Shown: positions 7,026 to 16,696 of the stretch, in pieces | Position numbering within the stretch: the first letter of the stretch is position 1 | How the letters are laid out: each line of letters opens with the position of its first letter | Assembly: GCA_020348985.1 (NCBI GenBank) | Contig: CP070761.1 | Location: 2,712,109 to 2,739,286, forward strand | From: Candidatus Thorarchaeota archaeon | GTDB lineage: Archaea; Asgardarchaeota; Thorarchaeia; Thorarchaeales; Thorarchaeaceae | DNA length: 27,178 bases | Direction of reading: 5' to 3' | Notes under the pieces: generated by a model | Seen by the model: the letters and a program-made list of their open reading frames with translations, nothing else | Database searches by the model: none | What the model was told of the DNA's origin: nothing | Position numbers and translations under genes: made by a program

Positions 7026-9650
7026 CTATTCAGGACTTGACGGAATCGCTCTGGGTATCCACACCTTGAACTTTGCTCCTTCTATGGGCTTGCCGTCCAC
7101 TCGGTCTTCCACCTCGATCCTGCCTCCGTACTTCTCAGCAATCTGGGATGCTTGGTGAAGTCCTACACCACCAAATCGACGGGCCATGTCAAAGAGCTCT
7201 TCCTTCCGTGTTCTTGAGAGTCCCGGGCCGTTGTCCGCGATTGAGACAACGTAATGGTCAGCCGCTGATTCAAGGGTCACCCAGACTTTCTTTATTTCAG
7301 CGTCTTTATTGTGTTCAACTGCGTTGATTAGTATATTCGACAGAAGCAGTTCCAAGAACTCATCGGCCATTACTCGCGCGTCGTCGACACCAATCAATGA
7401 TTCGAATTCAGTATCACTTCTCCCTTCAATAGCCTGAGTGCAACTCCTCAATGCTGTATCGAGTCTCTTTTCAACAAGTGGAACAGTGAGAAGCTGTTCA
7501 GTTTCTTGTACCTCTCCGATTAGCCGTGATGCTCTTTGCACGGACCTCCGAATGACTTCTAGGAAGTTGTTGCGGACTGTGTCATCTGTTGCACTTCTGA
7601 GCAGAGTTGCACTATTCAGAATGACCTGCATCTGGTTCCTGAGGTCATGGCACATCAAGTCTAGGTACAGAAGTGCACGGTCTTTTGCTGTCTGGACTTC
7701 TTTCTCGGCCTTTCGTCGTTCAGTTATGTCTAGGGCAACAGTCTGCATCGCGATACCTCCCTCATAATCAATTCCGGATGAAAACGCTTCTACCCACCTT
7801 ACACTTCCATCTGGTCGGAGCAAACGATACTCGTGACGTGGAGGACGTGACGTGTCTGGTCTTCTAGTACCCCTGATTCTCTTTAGCTCCTCAAGATCGA
7901 CAGGATGATACAAACTCTCCACTTTTTCGAGAGTCATTTTCATGAGTTCTTCAACACCTCTGCCCACGATGTCGGCGTAGGCCTTGTTCACATAGACAAA
8001 GCCGTCATCGGTTATGATAGTGATTCCCTGAAGGCTACGTTCCGCTAGCATTCTGTACCGCTCTTCTGACTTACGGATGCTCTCTTCTGCCTTCACTCTC
8101 TCGGTGATATCTTCATATGTGCCGAGTATTCCAATTGATGCACCTTCTGCGTCATGCAAAGGCACTTTTGAGATTTCGATCCATCTGTAGATTCCGTCTG
8201 CCTGGATCTGCTTCTCAACTCTCCGGTATACCGGTATATCAGATTTCAGAATCTCGCGGTCGTCTTGTTGAAACCTAGCCGCCTCCTCTTTCGACCACAG
8301 CAGGTCGTAATCCGTTTTGCCTACGATCTTGTCTGGAGTTCCCACACCAGACACAATCGCGAAGTTTTGGTTGCAGCCTATATACTCAGACTCTGTATTC
8401 TTCCAGAACACATAGGATGGAATTGTGTTCATAACAAGTTTAAGCATGGCCTGAGATTCAATCAGTTGAATCTCTCTTCTCTTTCTTTCAGTAATATCGT
8501 GTGTGACTCCAATCAAAGCTGCGGGCGCTCCTTCAGCGTCACTCACCAGAGAGACACTCAATTCAGCAGGAAAAGATGTGCCGTCCTTTCTCTTCAGGAT
8601 GGTCTCAACATTCCTGACACTGCCATCACTCAAAACTAGCCTCAAGTTCTCAGCAGCTTTCTCCTGTTCGTCTTCGTGAAATAGTTCGAATGCACTCATA
8701 CCTAGCATCTCTTCAGGAGAATCATAGCCATGGATTGCTGCCGTCCGCAAGCTAGCCATCGTGAAATTTCCCTCAATATCAGACACAGTTATGGCATCTG
8801 GAGACGTGTCGATTAGTCTACGAAGACGCTCTTCACTCTCTCGGAGCTCAGTTTCCGCAAGGTGTCGTTCAGTTATGTCGATGATTAGAACTTGAAGGGC
8901 ATCACGACCCTCATATTCAACTCTTGATGAGAACGCCTCAACATACTTTACGTCACCATTGCTGTGAACCAATCGATACCTGTATGGCATCTCAATCTCT
9001 TCCCCCCTCCTCCTTCGGTCAGCAAGCTCAAGCAGATATGACTGATCTTCCTCATGGATGATATTCCAGGCCACCCTTCCGGGCATCTCAAGGATTTCAA
9101 TCGGTGAGTAGCCAACCATTCTACCAAAAGCAGGATTCACGTATACATACTTGTCGCCCTGTATGATTGTGAGTCCCTGCAATGAGTTCTCAGCGAGCAG
9201 CCTGTACTTCTCCTCGCTCTTTCTTCTCTCATCTTCGGCTTCTCTAATTCTGCTGATGTCGGTTATGACCGCGTATGAACCTATGTGTTTGTCTTCTTCG
9301 TCAAAGAGCGGAGCCCCAGACACTATCGTTGGGATGTTTCTACCGTCCTTAGTCAACCATTCAAGCTCGTATTGTGATGACCCTCCCGTTGTCCTCATTC
9401 GTACATTCTCAAGCAGAGTCTCCCGGTTCCCTGCATCCACGAAGTCAGTGAGTGCCCTGCCCACCATCTCCGATTGTGTGTACCCCAGCATTTCATGGAA
9501 GTGTCTGTTCACATAGGTGAAACAGCTATCTCGGTCGACAACTCCGAAGCCTTCATTCATCGCATCAACCAATGCTCTAAATATGAGAATATCTTCATTC
9601 GCCCCTTTGGCCACAACGGGTTCTTCAGAACTGTTTCTTCTTTTGGGCAA
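7026..9650 (-). CDS. Soluble sensor histidine kinase with five PAS/PAC domains
   Basis: Five repeats ending in DIT/DIS motifs; H-box LDLMCHDLRN; N-box NILINAVEH; G1 DNGPGL; G2 GGVGL; TTG start 6 nt after GGAGGT. Confidence 0.9.
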   Translation of the reverse strand: MPKRRNSSEEPVVAKGANEDILIFRALVDAMNEGFGVVDRDSCFTYVNRHFHEMLGYTQSEMVGRALTDFVDAGNRETLLENVRMRTTGGSSQYELEWLTKDGRNIPTIVSGAPLFDEEDKHIGSYAVITDISRIREAEDERRKSEEKYRLLAENSLQGLTIIQGDKYVYVNPAFGRMVGYSPIEILEMPGRVAWNIIHEEDQSYLLELADRRRRGEEIEMPYRYRLVHSNGDVKYVEAFSSRVEYEGRDALQVLIIDITERHLAETELRESEERLRRLIDTSPDAITVSDIEGNFTMASLRTAAIHGYDSPEEMLGMSAFELFHEDEQEKAAENLRLVLSDGSVRNVETILKRKDGTSFPAELSVSLVSDAEGAPAALIGVTHDITERKRREIQLIESQAMLKLVMNTIPSYVFWKNTESEYIGCNQNFAIVSGVGTPDKIVGKTDYDLLWSKEEAARFQQDDREILKSDIPVYRRVEKQIQADGIYRWIEISKVPLHDAEGASIGILGTYEDITERVKAEESIRKSEERYRMLAERSLQGITIITDDGFVYVNKAYADIVGRGVEELMKMTLEKVESLYHPVDLEELKRIRGTRRPDTSRPPRHEYRLLRPDGSVRWVEAFSSGIDYEGGIAMQTVALDITERRKAEKEVQTAKDRALLYLDLMCHDLRNQMQVILNSATLLRSATDDTVRNNFLEVIRRSVQRASRLIGEVQETEQLLTVPLVEKRLDTALRSCTQAIEGRSDTEFESLIGVDDARVMADEFLELLLSNILINAVEHNKDAEIKKVWVTLESAADHYVVSIADNGPGLSRTRKEELFDMARRFGGVGLHQASQIAEKYGGRIEVEDRVDGKPIEGAKFKVWIPRAIPSSPE

Positions 9651-9820
9651 TACTAGACCTCCGGGCCTCCTTCTATAGCATCTCTAGGACGGATTCTACT
9701 CGTTTGGAATGCGCACGCGTGCCTATTTTCCCTTTCTGGTCTTGAATTCCTTTCTTAACACCACAAGATTTTCTACAGGTATCATAGAATAGCATATCTG
9801 CAGCAGGAGCGGGTCTTGCT

Positions 9821-11347
9821 ATGAAATCAGAAGACTGGGATTGGATAGGTGACTGGGCTGGCAGAAGAGCAATACTGACCCCCAAAAAAGAAGCCGTCTT
9901 TGACTCTGTCAGGAAGCGTAGGTTCAATTTCGCAGAAGTTGACTCCAGAGCAAATCAGCTTGCACGCGTTCTAATGAACCAGGGCATTGAAAAGGGAGAC
10001 CGAATCGCCGTCTATGCCAAGAATAGGTTCGAGTACTTTGATTTCTTCTTTGCCTCTGGGAAAATCGGCGCGGTTCTCGTTCCGCTCAATATCCGACTTG
10101 TCCCGAGAGAGCTTGAGTTCATGATTCGGAAAACAGGTCCATCACTCATTGTCTACGACTCTGATTTGAGTGAGCCATTCTCCTCATTGAGGGATTCATT
10201 TAAGGACACTGCGAGGATGGTCATGGGTGACAAAGCGATTTCTTCTGACAAATCTGTTGAACACCTGTTGACGAAAGTGTCATCGAATCCAGTAGAGCGT
10301 CCTCAACTTGCTTTCGATGATCCTTGTATGGTCATCTTCACAGGAGGAACCACTGGACTTCCCAAAGGCGCAATCCTTTCGCATCGTCTCGTCTTCTGGA
10401 ATTCTACAAACACACTGGTGTCCTGGGGTATTCGGCCGGATGATGTTCAACCGCTGCTGTTTCCTCTGTTTCACACAGGCGGCTGGAATGTTTTGGTCAT
10501 ACCATTCTTCCATATGGGCGGTCGCACAATCATCATGGGTGATTTTGATGCAAACGAGACTCTCCGTGTAATCGAATCTGAGAAGTGCACAATCGTCATT
10601 GGAGTTCCTACAATGTTTAACATGATGTCTCAGGCGAAGAGCTTCGAAGACGCAGACTTTGGCTCAGTTAGGGTGTTCATCAGTGGAGGAGCACCTTGCC
10701 CCGTTGCCATTATGGAGAAGTATTGGGCAAGAAACAAGCCGTTCAAAATGGGATATGGTCTTACAGAAGTCGGCCCAAACAACTTCTATCTACCTGAGGA
10801 TAATATCAAACGGAAGCCTAAATCAGTTGGATTCCCGGTTTTTCACAGTGACACAAAGATTGTCGACGCTGAGAACATGGAAGTGCCTGTTGGCAAAGTC
10901 GGTGAGTTGCTTCTGAGAGGACCTCATATCTTCTCGGGCTATTGGGATGAGCCTGATGAGACCTCGTCCGCAATAGAATCAGATGGTTGGGTCCATACCG
11001 GCGACCTTGCTTCAGTTGACGAAGAGGGATTCTACTACATAGTCGGACGCAAGAAGGAGATGTGGATTAGTGGCGGGGAGAACGTTTTTCCGTCAGAGAT
11101 TGAAGAGATTCTCTATCAACACCCGGCTATTCTTGAGGCAGCTGTCATAGGCATCCCTGACGACTTCTGGGGTGAGGTCGGAAAAGCATTCCTCGTGCTG
11201 AAGGAAGGCCTTTCGTTATCGGAAGAGGAGATTCGTGAATATCTTACTGTGAGACTAGCGAAGTACAAGATTCCCAAGCATTATGAATTCAGAGAGACCC
11301 TGCCGAAGAGTGCGGCAGGCAAGATTCTCAAACGCGACCTTCTATAG
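9821..11347 (+). CDS. Acyl-CoA synthetase / AMP-dependent ligase (long-chain or aryl acid type)
   Basis: FTGGTTGLPKG, PLFHTGG, GYGLTE, HTGD, GRKKEMWISGGENV, PKSAAGKILK. Confidence 0.92.
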   Translation: MKSEDWDWIGDWAGRRAILTPKKEAVFDSVRKRRFNFAEVDSRANQLARVLMNQGIEKGDRIAVYAKNRFEYFDFFFASGKIGAVLVPLNIRLVPRELEFMIRKTGPSLIVYDSDLSEPFSSLRDSFKDTARMVMGDKAISSDKSVEHLLTKVSSNPVERPQLAFDDPCMVIFTGGTTGLPKGAILSHRLVFWNSTNTLVSWGIRPDDVQPLLFPLFHTGGWNVLVIPFFHMGGRTIIMGDFDANETLRVIESEKCTIVIGVPTMFNMMSQAKSFEDADFGSVRVFISGGAPCPVAIMEKYWARNKPFKMGYGLTEVGPNNFYLPEDNIKRKPKSVGFPVFHSDTKIVDAENMEVPVGKVGELLLRGPHIFSGYWDEPDETSSAIESDGWVHTGDLASVDEEGFYYIVGRKKEMWISGGENVFPSEIEEILYQHPAILEAAVIGIPDDFWGEVGKAFLVLKEGLSLSEEEIREYLTVRLAKYKIPKHYEFRETLPKSAAGKILKRDLL

Positions 11348-11420
11348 ATTCCTACTCAGATAACCGAGAAATCCTTTTCAAATCACAAATTCTCGAATTA
11401 TAGAGAGGAGACGTCAAGCA

Positions 11421-13700
11421 GTGGACAGTCAGAGGCGTATGTTGACAAAGGTCATCATAGTGGTTCCACTAGCAATCTTGGCCACTTTCTTGGCTATTGA
11501 AGGAGCCCAGATTGTCTCAAATTCAAACACAACACGTGTCGGAGTGCACTCACTGCTTGCCTATTGGATATCAATACCTGCGGCTGTAAGTGTTCTAGCC
11601 AGTCGAAGACGATCCGCCTCTGGTGAGCTAGTATTCGTCTCTGCTCTCATAGTTCCGGTTGTGATCCACATCGGCAATGCAATGTACTTCCTACTGCAAT
11701 CCAGCAGCGAGATTTTCGTGATGTCTCCTTACGATACAATTGCAGACATCACCGAACTCACAATGCTCGGGTTGCTGTTTGCACTGGCTTCACTTCTTTG
11801 GACAGACTCCCGCCAATCCAGAGGCAACATAACTCAAATCGGCATAGTGGCCAGTGCGATACTTGTTCCTCTTGTAGTTCAGGGTGCAACCTGGAGTTTA
11901 GTACTTCCCAGCTTGAATTCATCATCTCTAGTAGTGTTCGGAGTTGTAACAGCAGCCATTGGCGCCTTTACCTGCTTTTCTGCCGCTCTTCTCTGTCCGA
12001 ATATAACGAGTAGTGAGTTGGAGATTGATTCCGGTTATTTGATGAGCAGTCTCCTCCTCATGGGGATCTCTTCTCTAATTCTGGGCATCATGATGATGTC
12101 CCCATCGGATGTTTGGATTATAGCAGAGGATCTGCAGATTGCATCATTCTTCTTGATTGCGCTTTCTATAGGTGTGCCGTTTCTGAAGGCTGCGGGATTC
12201 GGGCGAAGAACGGCCTACGTGATGATTATTGGTCTCGCCCTTCTTGCGTACCTGCCGTTTCTTGTTACAATCATCATAGAGTCGCTAGAACTTTATGTTC
12301 TATTAGAACCATTAAACCGACTGGCCTACTCGATTATTCATCTTGGCGCCGGTTCCTTGTCAGCTATGATGGCATACTTGCTGTATGCCTATTCGAAGAG
12401 GCACCCCTCAAGAAACCATTATCCATTGATTCTGACTTTCGGTGTCTGGACCGGAGTGGCCTTAGTTTCAGTATCCTCCGTTTTACTTCCGGATTTCAGT
12501 CCATTAGGCGAGCCGATTGTCCCCTATGTAGTAGGCAGTCTACTCACGTTGCCACTACTATATCTAGCCATTCGATGGACTCACCAGTTCTCAGAAGGTA
12601 GGACTCGCATGCTGCCCAGCTCTTCGGTTTTGATTGGATTCATTCTCCTATTTGTTACAATCTTGATTGGAGAGATAACCAACCAGTTGGTTCTTCAGAG
12701 GTACGGTGAGCTGAGTGGGCATCCTGCAAGTAACGCAATCCTATTGGCCTCCAACCTTCTAGCGATGTTTGCTTTCACTTATCTTGTATTGCTCTTGGCT
12801 CGTGAGGCAAAAGGGAGTCTCACCATTGAGATCTACGTGGTTGGCTTCCTGTCAATGTGGGTTATTCCAAATGTCTTGAAGTCATACTATCCAAGGTGGA
12901 CGCCAGGATGGTGGGTGTCAGAGATACTCATCTTCATCGGTCTTCTGGTTGGGCCTGGACTTCTAGGACTCCTTTACGCGAGGGCCATGCGGGAAGCAGA
13001 AGAGTCTCACTCACGGGCAAGTCTATACGCTGATCTAATGATGCATGACATTACCAACTACAACCAAATGACCATGACCGCTTTGGAGCTGCTTGGTGCT
13101 GAGGGTGTGCCTGACGAGGTCAGAGAGCGACTGGCCCGAGATGCTCGTCAGATTATATCTCTATCAGAACAGCTCATCAGCAACGTGCGTCTTCTCAGTC
13201 GCACAGAGAGCCACGAAGAGAGGACACTTGAACCAATGGACCTAGTTCTTGCAGTTGTAGGAGCCCTTGACGATGTGACGCAGGAAGTCGGAAGTGAGAA
13301 TGTAAGAGTTCAGTTCAAGCCAGAGCGTCACCAAGCCTATGTTATGGCAAATGAGAATTTGATTCATGTCTTCATCAATCTTCTCATCGACTCTTTACAG
13401 CATCCTCCAGAAAAGAAGACAATCTCTGTGGAAATCTCACCCAGCACTGTGAACGGCCAGGATTGGTGGCAGGTAAGATTTGGCGTGCCTGGTCGCTGGA
13501 TTGAACACAATAACCGTCCTACGCTCTTTGACCGAGAAGTTGGGAGCTACAGCGGAAGTGCATTGGGACTCCTGGTTGCAAGGCTTTTGGCTGAATCTCT
13601 TGGTGGAGTCGTGACGATGGAGGACAGAATACTCGGGGAGCTTTTCAAAGGAACTGTTTTTGTTGTGTCCTTACCTGCCTACAAAAAGCCCATTTGCTGA
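11421..13700 (+). CDS. Multi-pass membrane histidine-kinase-like protein with a degenerate HATPase domain
   Basis: About 14-16 hydrophobic segments over the first ~520 aa; H-box YADLMMHDITN; C-terminal HATPase-like region with G2 (GSALGL) and GTVFVVSLP, but altered N and G1 boxes. ATG 11439 is an alternative start. Confidence 0.8.
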   Translation: MDSQRRMLTKVIIVVPLAILATFLAIEGAQIVSNSNTTRVGVHSLLAYWISIPAAVSVLASRRRSASGELVFVSALIVPVVIHIGNAMYFLLQSSSEIFVMSPYDTIADITELTMLGLLFALASLLWTDSRQSRGNITQIGIVASAILVPLVVQGATWSLVLPSLNSSSLVVFGVVTAAIGAFTCFSAALLCPNITSSELEIDSGYLMSSLLLMGISSLILGIMMMSPSDVWIIAEDLQIASFFLIALSIGVPFLKAAGFGRRTAYVMIIGLALLAYLPFLVTIIIESLELYVLLEPLNRLAYSIIHLGAGSLSAMMAYLLYAYSKRHPSRNHYPLILTFGVWTGVALVSVSSVLLPDFSPLGEPIVPYVVGSLLTLPLLYLAIRWTHQFSEGRTRMLPSSSVLIGFILLFVTILIGEITNQLVLQRYGELSGHPASNAILLASNLLAMFAFTYLVLLLAREAKGSLTIEIYVVGFLSMWVIPNVLKSYYPRWTPGWWVSEILIFIGLLVGPGLLGLLYARAMREAEESHSRASLYADLMMHDITNYNQMTMTALELLGAEGVPDEVRERLARDARQIISLSEQLISNVRLLSRTESHEERTLEPMDLVLAVVGALDDVTQEVGSENVRVQFKPERHQAYVMANENLIHVFINLLIDSLQHPPEKKTISVEISPSTVNGQDWWQVRFGVPGRWIEHNNRPTLFDREVGSYSGSALGLLVARLLAESLGGVVTMEDRILGELFKGTVFVVSLPAYKKPIC

Positions 13701-13777
13701 ACTATTCCTGCAGTACGTTAGACTTATTCATGGGATACACTAACCTTTCACAAGTCTAATCCCTTGGAGTCGTTAGT

Positions 13778-14800
13778 TTGCAGTTACAGCAGATCGGTAT
13801 AGAGTCAATTGGAGTCTACATACCTAGTGAGCGGCACACCGCAGAGTACATCTCTGAAATGTCCGGGACACCAGTTGAGATTCTCAAAGCAAAAATGGGC
13901 CTGTTCAGTAAAGCAGTCCCTGGACCTGATGATCACACTGTTGCGATGGGTGTCAATGCAGCCAAGGTTGCGATTGAAAGAGCGGGCTTGACTCCCGAAG
14001 AGGACATTGACCTGGTAATCTGGGCGGGAGAAGTGCACGCAGAGCACCCAATGCAGACATATGCAATAAAGTTTCAGAATGAGGTTGGTGCGACAAAGGC
14101 GTGGGCTTTCGACGTCAACCAACGATGTGGAACGTTTATCGTTGGCATGATACTGGCCAAGTCATTGATGATCACCCAAGGCTACAAGAGAGTCCTGATT
14201 GGCAGCGGCTATAGGAATTCGGATTTGATTGACTACACAAACATCCGGACGCGATTCATGCATGACCTGGCTGCAAGTGGCGTAGCCATGATTTTGAAAG
14301 CGGACCATCCTGAAAACGTGATATTGGAAGGTAGCGTCATATCCGACGGACGATTCTCAGAGGACGTTTATGTGCCGGCTGGCGGAACAGTTCAGCCAAT
14401 GAGCTGTGAGGCGCTGGAGAAACGCTTGAACTATCTGGATGTGACGGACCCTGCGGCATTGAAGAAGCGACTTGACGAGTTGTCGATGCAGAACTTCCTA
14501 AGAGTCGTCGACGATTCTCTGAAACAGAGTGGATACTCGAGAAAAGACATCGATTATCTGGGATTGATCCGCATGAAACGAAGTGCGTTCGAGTTTGTCG
14601 CAAACGAGTTGGGAGTTGATCCATACGAGCAATCAACATACTTCACCGAATACGGTCACATGGGCCAAAACGATGCAGTTGTATCCTTGGAGGAGGGTCT
14701 CCGAGATGGGAGGATAAAGGATGGAGACATAGTTGTCCTTACTGCTGCGGGGATTGGATGGTCCTGGAACGCCATAACAATCAAGTGGGGACCTGCGTGA
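13778..14800 (+). CDS. KAS III (3-oxoacyl-ACP synthase III)-fold enzyme with a non-canonical active site
   Basis: GIESIGVYIP, AWAFDVNQRCG (Cys117), YLGLIRMKRSA, YGHMGQND, GDIVVLTAAGIGWSW; TTG start after GGAGT. Confidence 0.88.
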   Translation: MQLQQIGIESIGVYIPSERHTAEYISEMSGTPVEILKAKMGLFSKAVPGPDDHTVAMGVNAAKVAIERAGLTPEEDIDLVIWAGEVHAEHPMQTYAIKFQNEVGATKAWAFDVNQRCGTFIVGMILAKSLMITQGYKRVLIGSGYRNSDLIDYTNIRTRFMHDLAASGVAMILKADHPENVILEGSVISDGRFSEDVYVPAGGTVQPMSCEALEKRLNYLDVTDPAALKKRLDELSMQNFLRVVDDSLKQSGYSRKDIDYLGLIRMKRSAFEFVANELGVDPYEQSTYFTEYGHMGQNDAVVSLEEGLRDGRIKDGDIVVLTAAGIGWSWNAITIKWGPA

Positions 14801-14815
14801 GAAGGAGGAGAAGCA

Positions 14816-15238
14816 ATGAAAGCTACAGAATACGAGGACATTGAGATTGGGCAGAGTGCAGAAGTCGTACGTACGATTACAGAAGATGACATCCAGACTT
14901 TCGGTGACTTGAGCGGTGACTACAATCCTCTTCACTTTGATGAAGAATGGGCTAAGACCACAATGTTTGGCAGCAGGATAGCACATGGTATTCTGACTGC
15001 CGCGTTCATCAGCACAGCGATAGGCATGAAGCTGCCCGGACCAGGGACAATCTACATGAGTCAGAAGATGAGATTCATGGGTCCCGTACGTATTGGTGAT
15101 ACAGTCACAGCCAGAGTGGAAGTCGTTCAAAAGGACGACACCAAGAAACGGATAACCCTGTCAACTGTCTGCACAAACCAGGATGGCGAAGTTGTCCTTG
15201 ATGGTGAGGCTCTAGTAACGCTCATGAAAATGGAGTAG
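14816..15238 (+). CDS. MaoC-family hotdog (R)-specific enoyl-CoA hydratase (PhaJ-like)
   Basis: FGDLSGDYNPLH (Asp/His dyad), RIAHG, LPGPGTIY, F..PV.IGDTV; strong SD AAGGAGG; 15 nt after the KAS III-fold gene. Confidence 0.92.
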   Translation: MKATEYEDIEIGQSAEVVRTITEDDIQTFGDLSGDYNPLHFDEEWAKTTMFGSRIAHGILTAAFISTAIGMKLPGPGTIYMSQKMRFMGPVRIGDTVTARVEVVQKDDTKKRITLSTVCTNQDGEVVLDGEALVTLMKME

Positions 15239-15282
15239 CAACGGACGCATTGACCCAAGTCCGACATCCTGCAAGCACAAGG

Positions 15283-16545
15283 TTAGTCTTTTCGATTGTG
15301 AGATTTCACCTTGACGGACCTCAATACTGGCACGAGAACGAATGATGTACATATCATCCCCACACCTGCTACTATATAGACAAATCTGAGTGTGCCTGAT
15401 ATCTCCCAGAGAATCGCTCCAAACATTGCAGCGAAGATTGCAAGTGAGCTCATTATGAATGAATATGTGCCCAAAGCCCTTCCCTTTGCTTCCTCGGGAA
15501 CATTGGCCAGGAGCAGGCTTTTTTCGGCGCCAAGCCAAATGATGAATGGAATCGCCCATATGATGTTAAGGACAAGAAGGAGTGTTGCTCCGGTGCCGAG
15601 TCCGAAAGTGATGAACACAAATCCATTTCCACACACAGCCACCAACAGCGCTGCCTTTAGATTACGGTCAGTGAGGCTGCTAGCCGAATACATCAGAATC
15701 GCGCTAGCAAGACCAAACGCACCCCAAGTGATTCCGTAGAAGGGTGTGTCGACTAGCCATTCGTCAACAGATAGATTCCCTAGGTATTGGACTGCCATTG
15801 CCCAGCAGAAGTAGAAGCCTCCCATCCCTATTGCCATCTTCCAGAAGTCTCTGCCCATCTGCCGAAATGAAATGATTGGACCAGCTCTCGCTTTTTGGAT
15901 GATGTCGGACCCTAATGTCTCCTTTATGACCACAAGAGTGGCTATGCACGCGATAACCGCAGCACCCGAAGCAATCCTATGAAGATCTGTCGGCGTGTAT
16001 CCTGTACTCATCAAGAATGCACCAAGAAGCGGACTGACTCCATCGACAATCCAATGAGGGACCATTATCATCATGAATCTGCGAGCAGGGTTTCTACCAT
16101 CCTGGGCTATCTCATCTGCAGGTATGGCCCCCGACATGATTCGTGTAGTCCCTATTCCATACCACACTAGTCCATACTGCAACAACAGAAGCGGCCATGA
16201 CGGCAAGAATGACATGGTCAGCAGGCCCAAGAAGACCGGGACCAAACCAAAAGCCATGGTCCTTTTGCGCCCTATGAGATCAGCAATGGTACCGGAGACA
16301 AATGCAGCTATTAGTCCGGCGAAAGTTGCTCCAGAGAATACTAAACCCATCTGCCAGGGCTCAATGATTGTCTCTAGGAAAATGCCAAATTGCCACTTCC
16401 AAAGCCCTATGCTGAACTGCGCCACACCCATGACGAGTGCAACTCTCCATAGATTAGGACTCAAGCCAAGGAACTCTCTGAGCTCAAACCCTTCTTCTGA
16501 AGATGCGTCCGGTGACAAGCGGCCTTGGTCGTCCAGCAAAGGCAA
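15283..16545 (-). CDS. MFS transporter
   Basis: About 12 hydrophobic segments; motif A GTIADLIGRKR; C-half VPEEAKGRALG; TTG start after GGAG. Confidence 0.88.
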   Translation of the reverse strand: MPLLDDQGRLSPDASSEEGFELREFLGLSPNLWRVALVMGVAQFSIGLWKWQFGIFLETIIEPWQMGLVFSGATFAGLIAAFVSGTIADLIGRKRTMAFGLVPVFLGLLTMSFLPSWPLLLLQYGLVWYGIGTTRIMSGAIPADEIAQDGRNPARRFMMIMVPHWIVDGVSPLLGAFLMSTGYTPTDLHRIASGAAVIACIATLVVIKETLGSDIIQKARAGPIISFRQMGRDFWKMAIGMGGFYFCWAMAVQYLGNLSVDEWLVDTPFYGITWGAFGLASAILMYSASSLTDRNLKAALLVAVCGNGFVFITFGLGTGATLLLVLNIIWAIPFIIWLGAEKSLLLANVPEEAKGRALGTYSFIMSSLAIFAAMFGAILWEISGTLRFVYIVAGVGMICTSFVLVPVLRSVKVKSHNRKD

Positions 16546-16557
16546 TGGTCTCCAAGC

Positions 16558-16633
16558 TTCTTGGACTCAGAATCTATCTTAAGACAGTGTCGCTTCACTC
16601 ATGTGGGCAGATAGAACTTTGAGTCCACAAGAA
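16558..16633. repeat. Imperfect ~22-25 bp inverted repeat in the divergent MFS/SRPBCC intergenic region
   Basis: TTCTTGGACTCAGAATCTATCT (16558-16579) vs AGATAGAACTTTGAGTCCACAAGAA (16609-16633); TGGACTCA/TGAGTCCA and TCTATCT/AGATAGA pair perfectly. Confidence 0.7.
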
Positions 16634-16696
16634 TAACACATATCATCATATTTGGTGACTTCTGTACTGATTCAAGCGAGGCAGATAATCGTGTCC

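Noticed and set aside
9713-9722. Perfect 10-bp palindrome GCACGCGTGC in the kinase/ligase divergent gap
   Set aside because: Palindromes of this length are expected by chance many times in 27 kb, and I saw no second copy.
13718-13759. 8-bp inverted repeat TTAGACTT...AAGTCTAA upstream of the first KAS III gene, with a similar TCAGACTT upstream of the second
   Set aside because: Short arms, 26-nt spacer and only a half-site at the second gene; not distinguishable from chance without comparative data.
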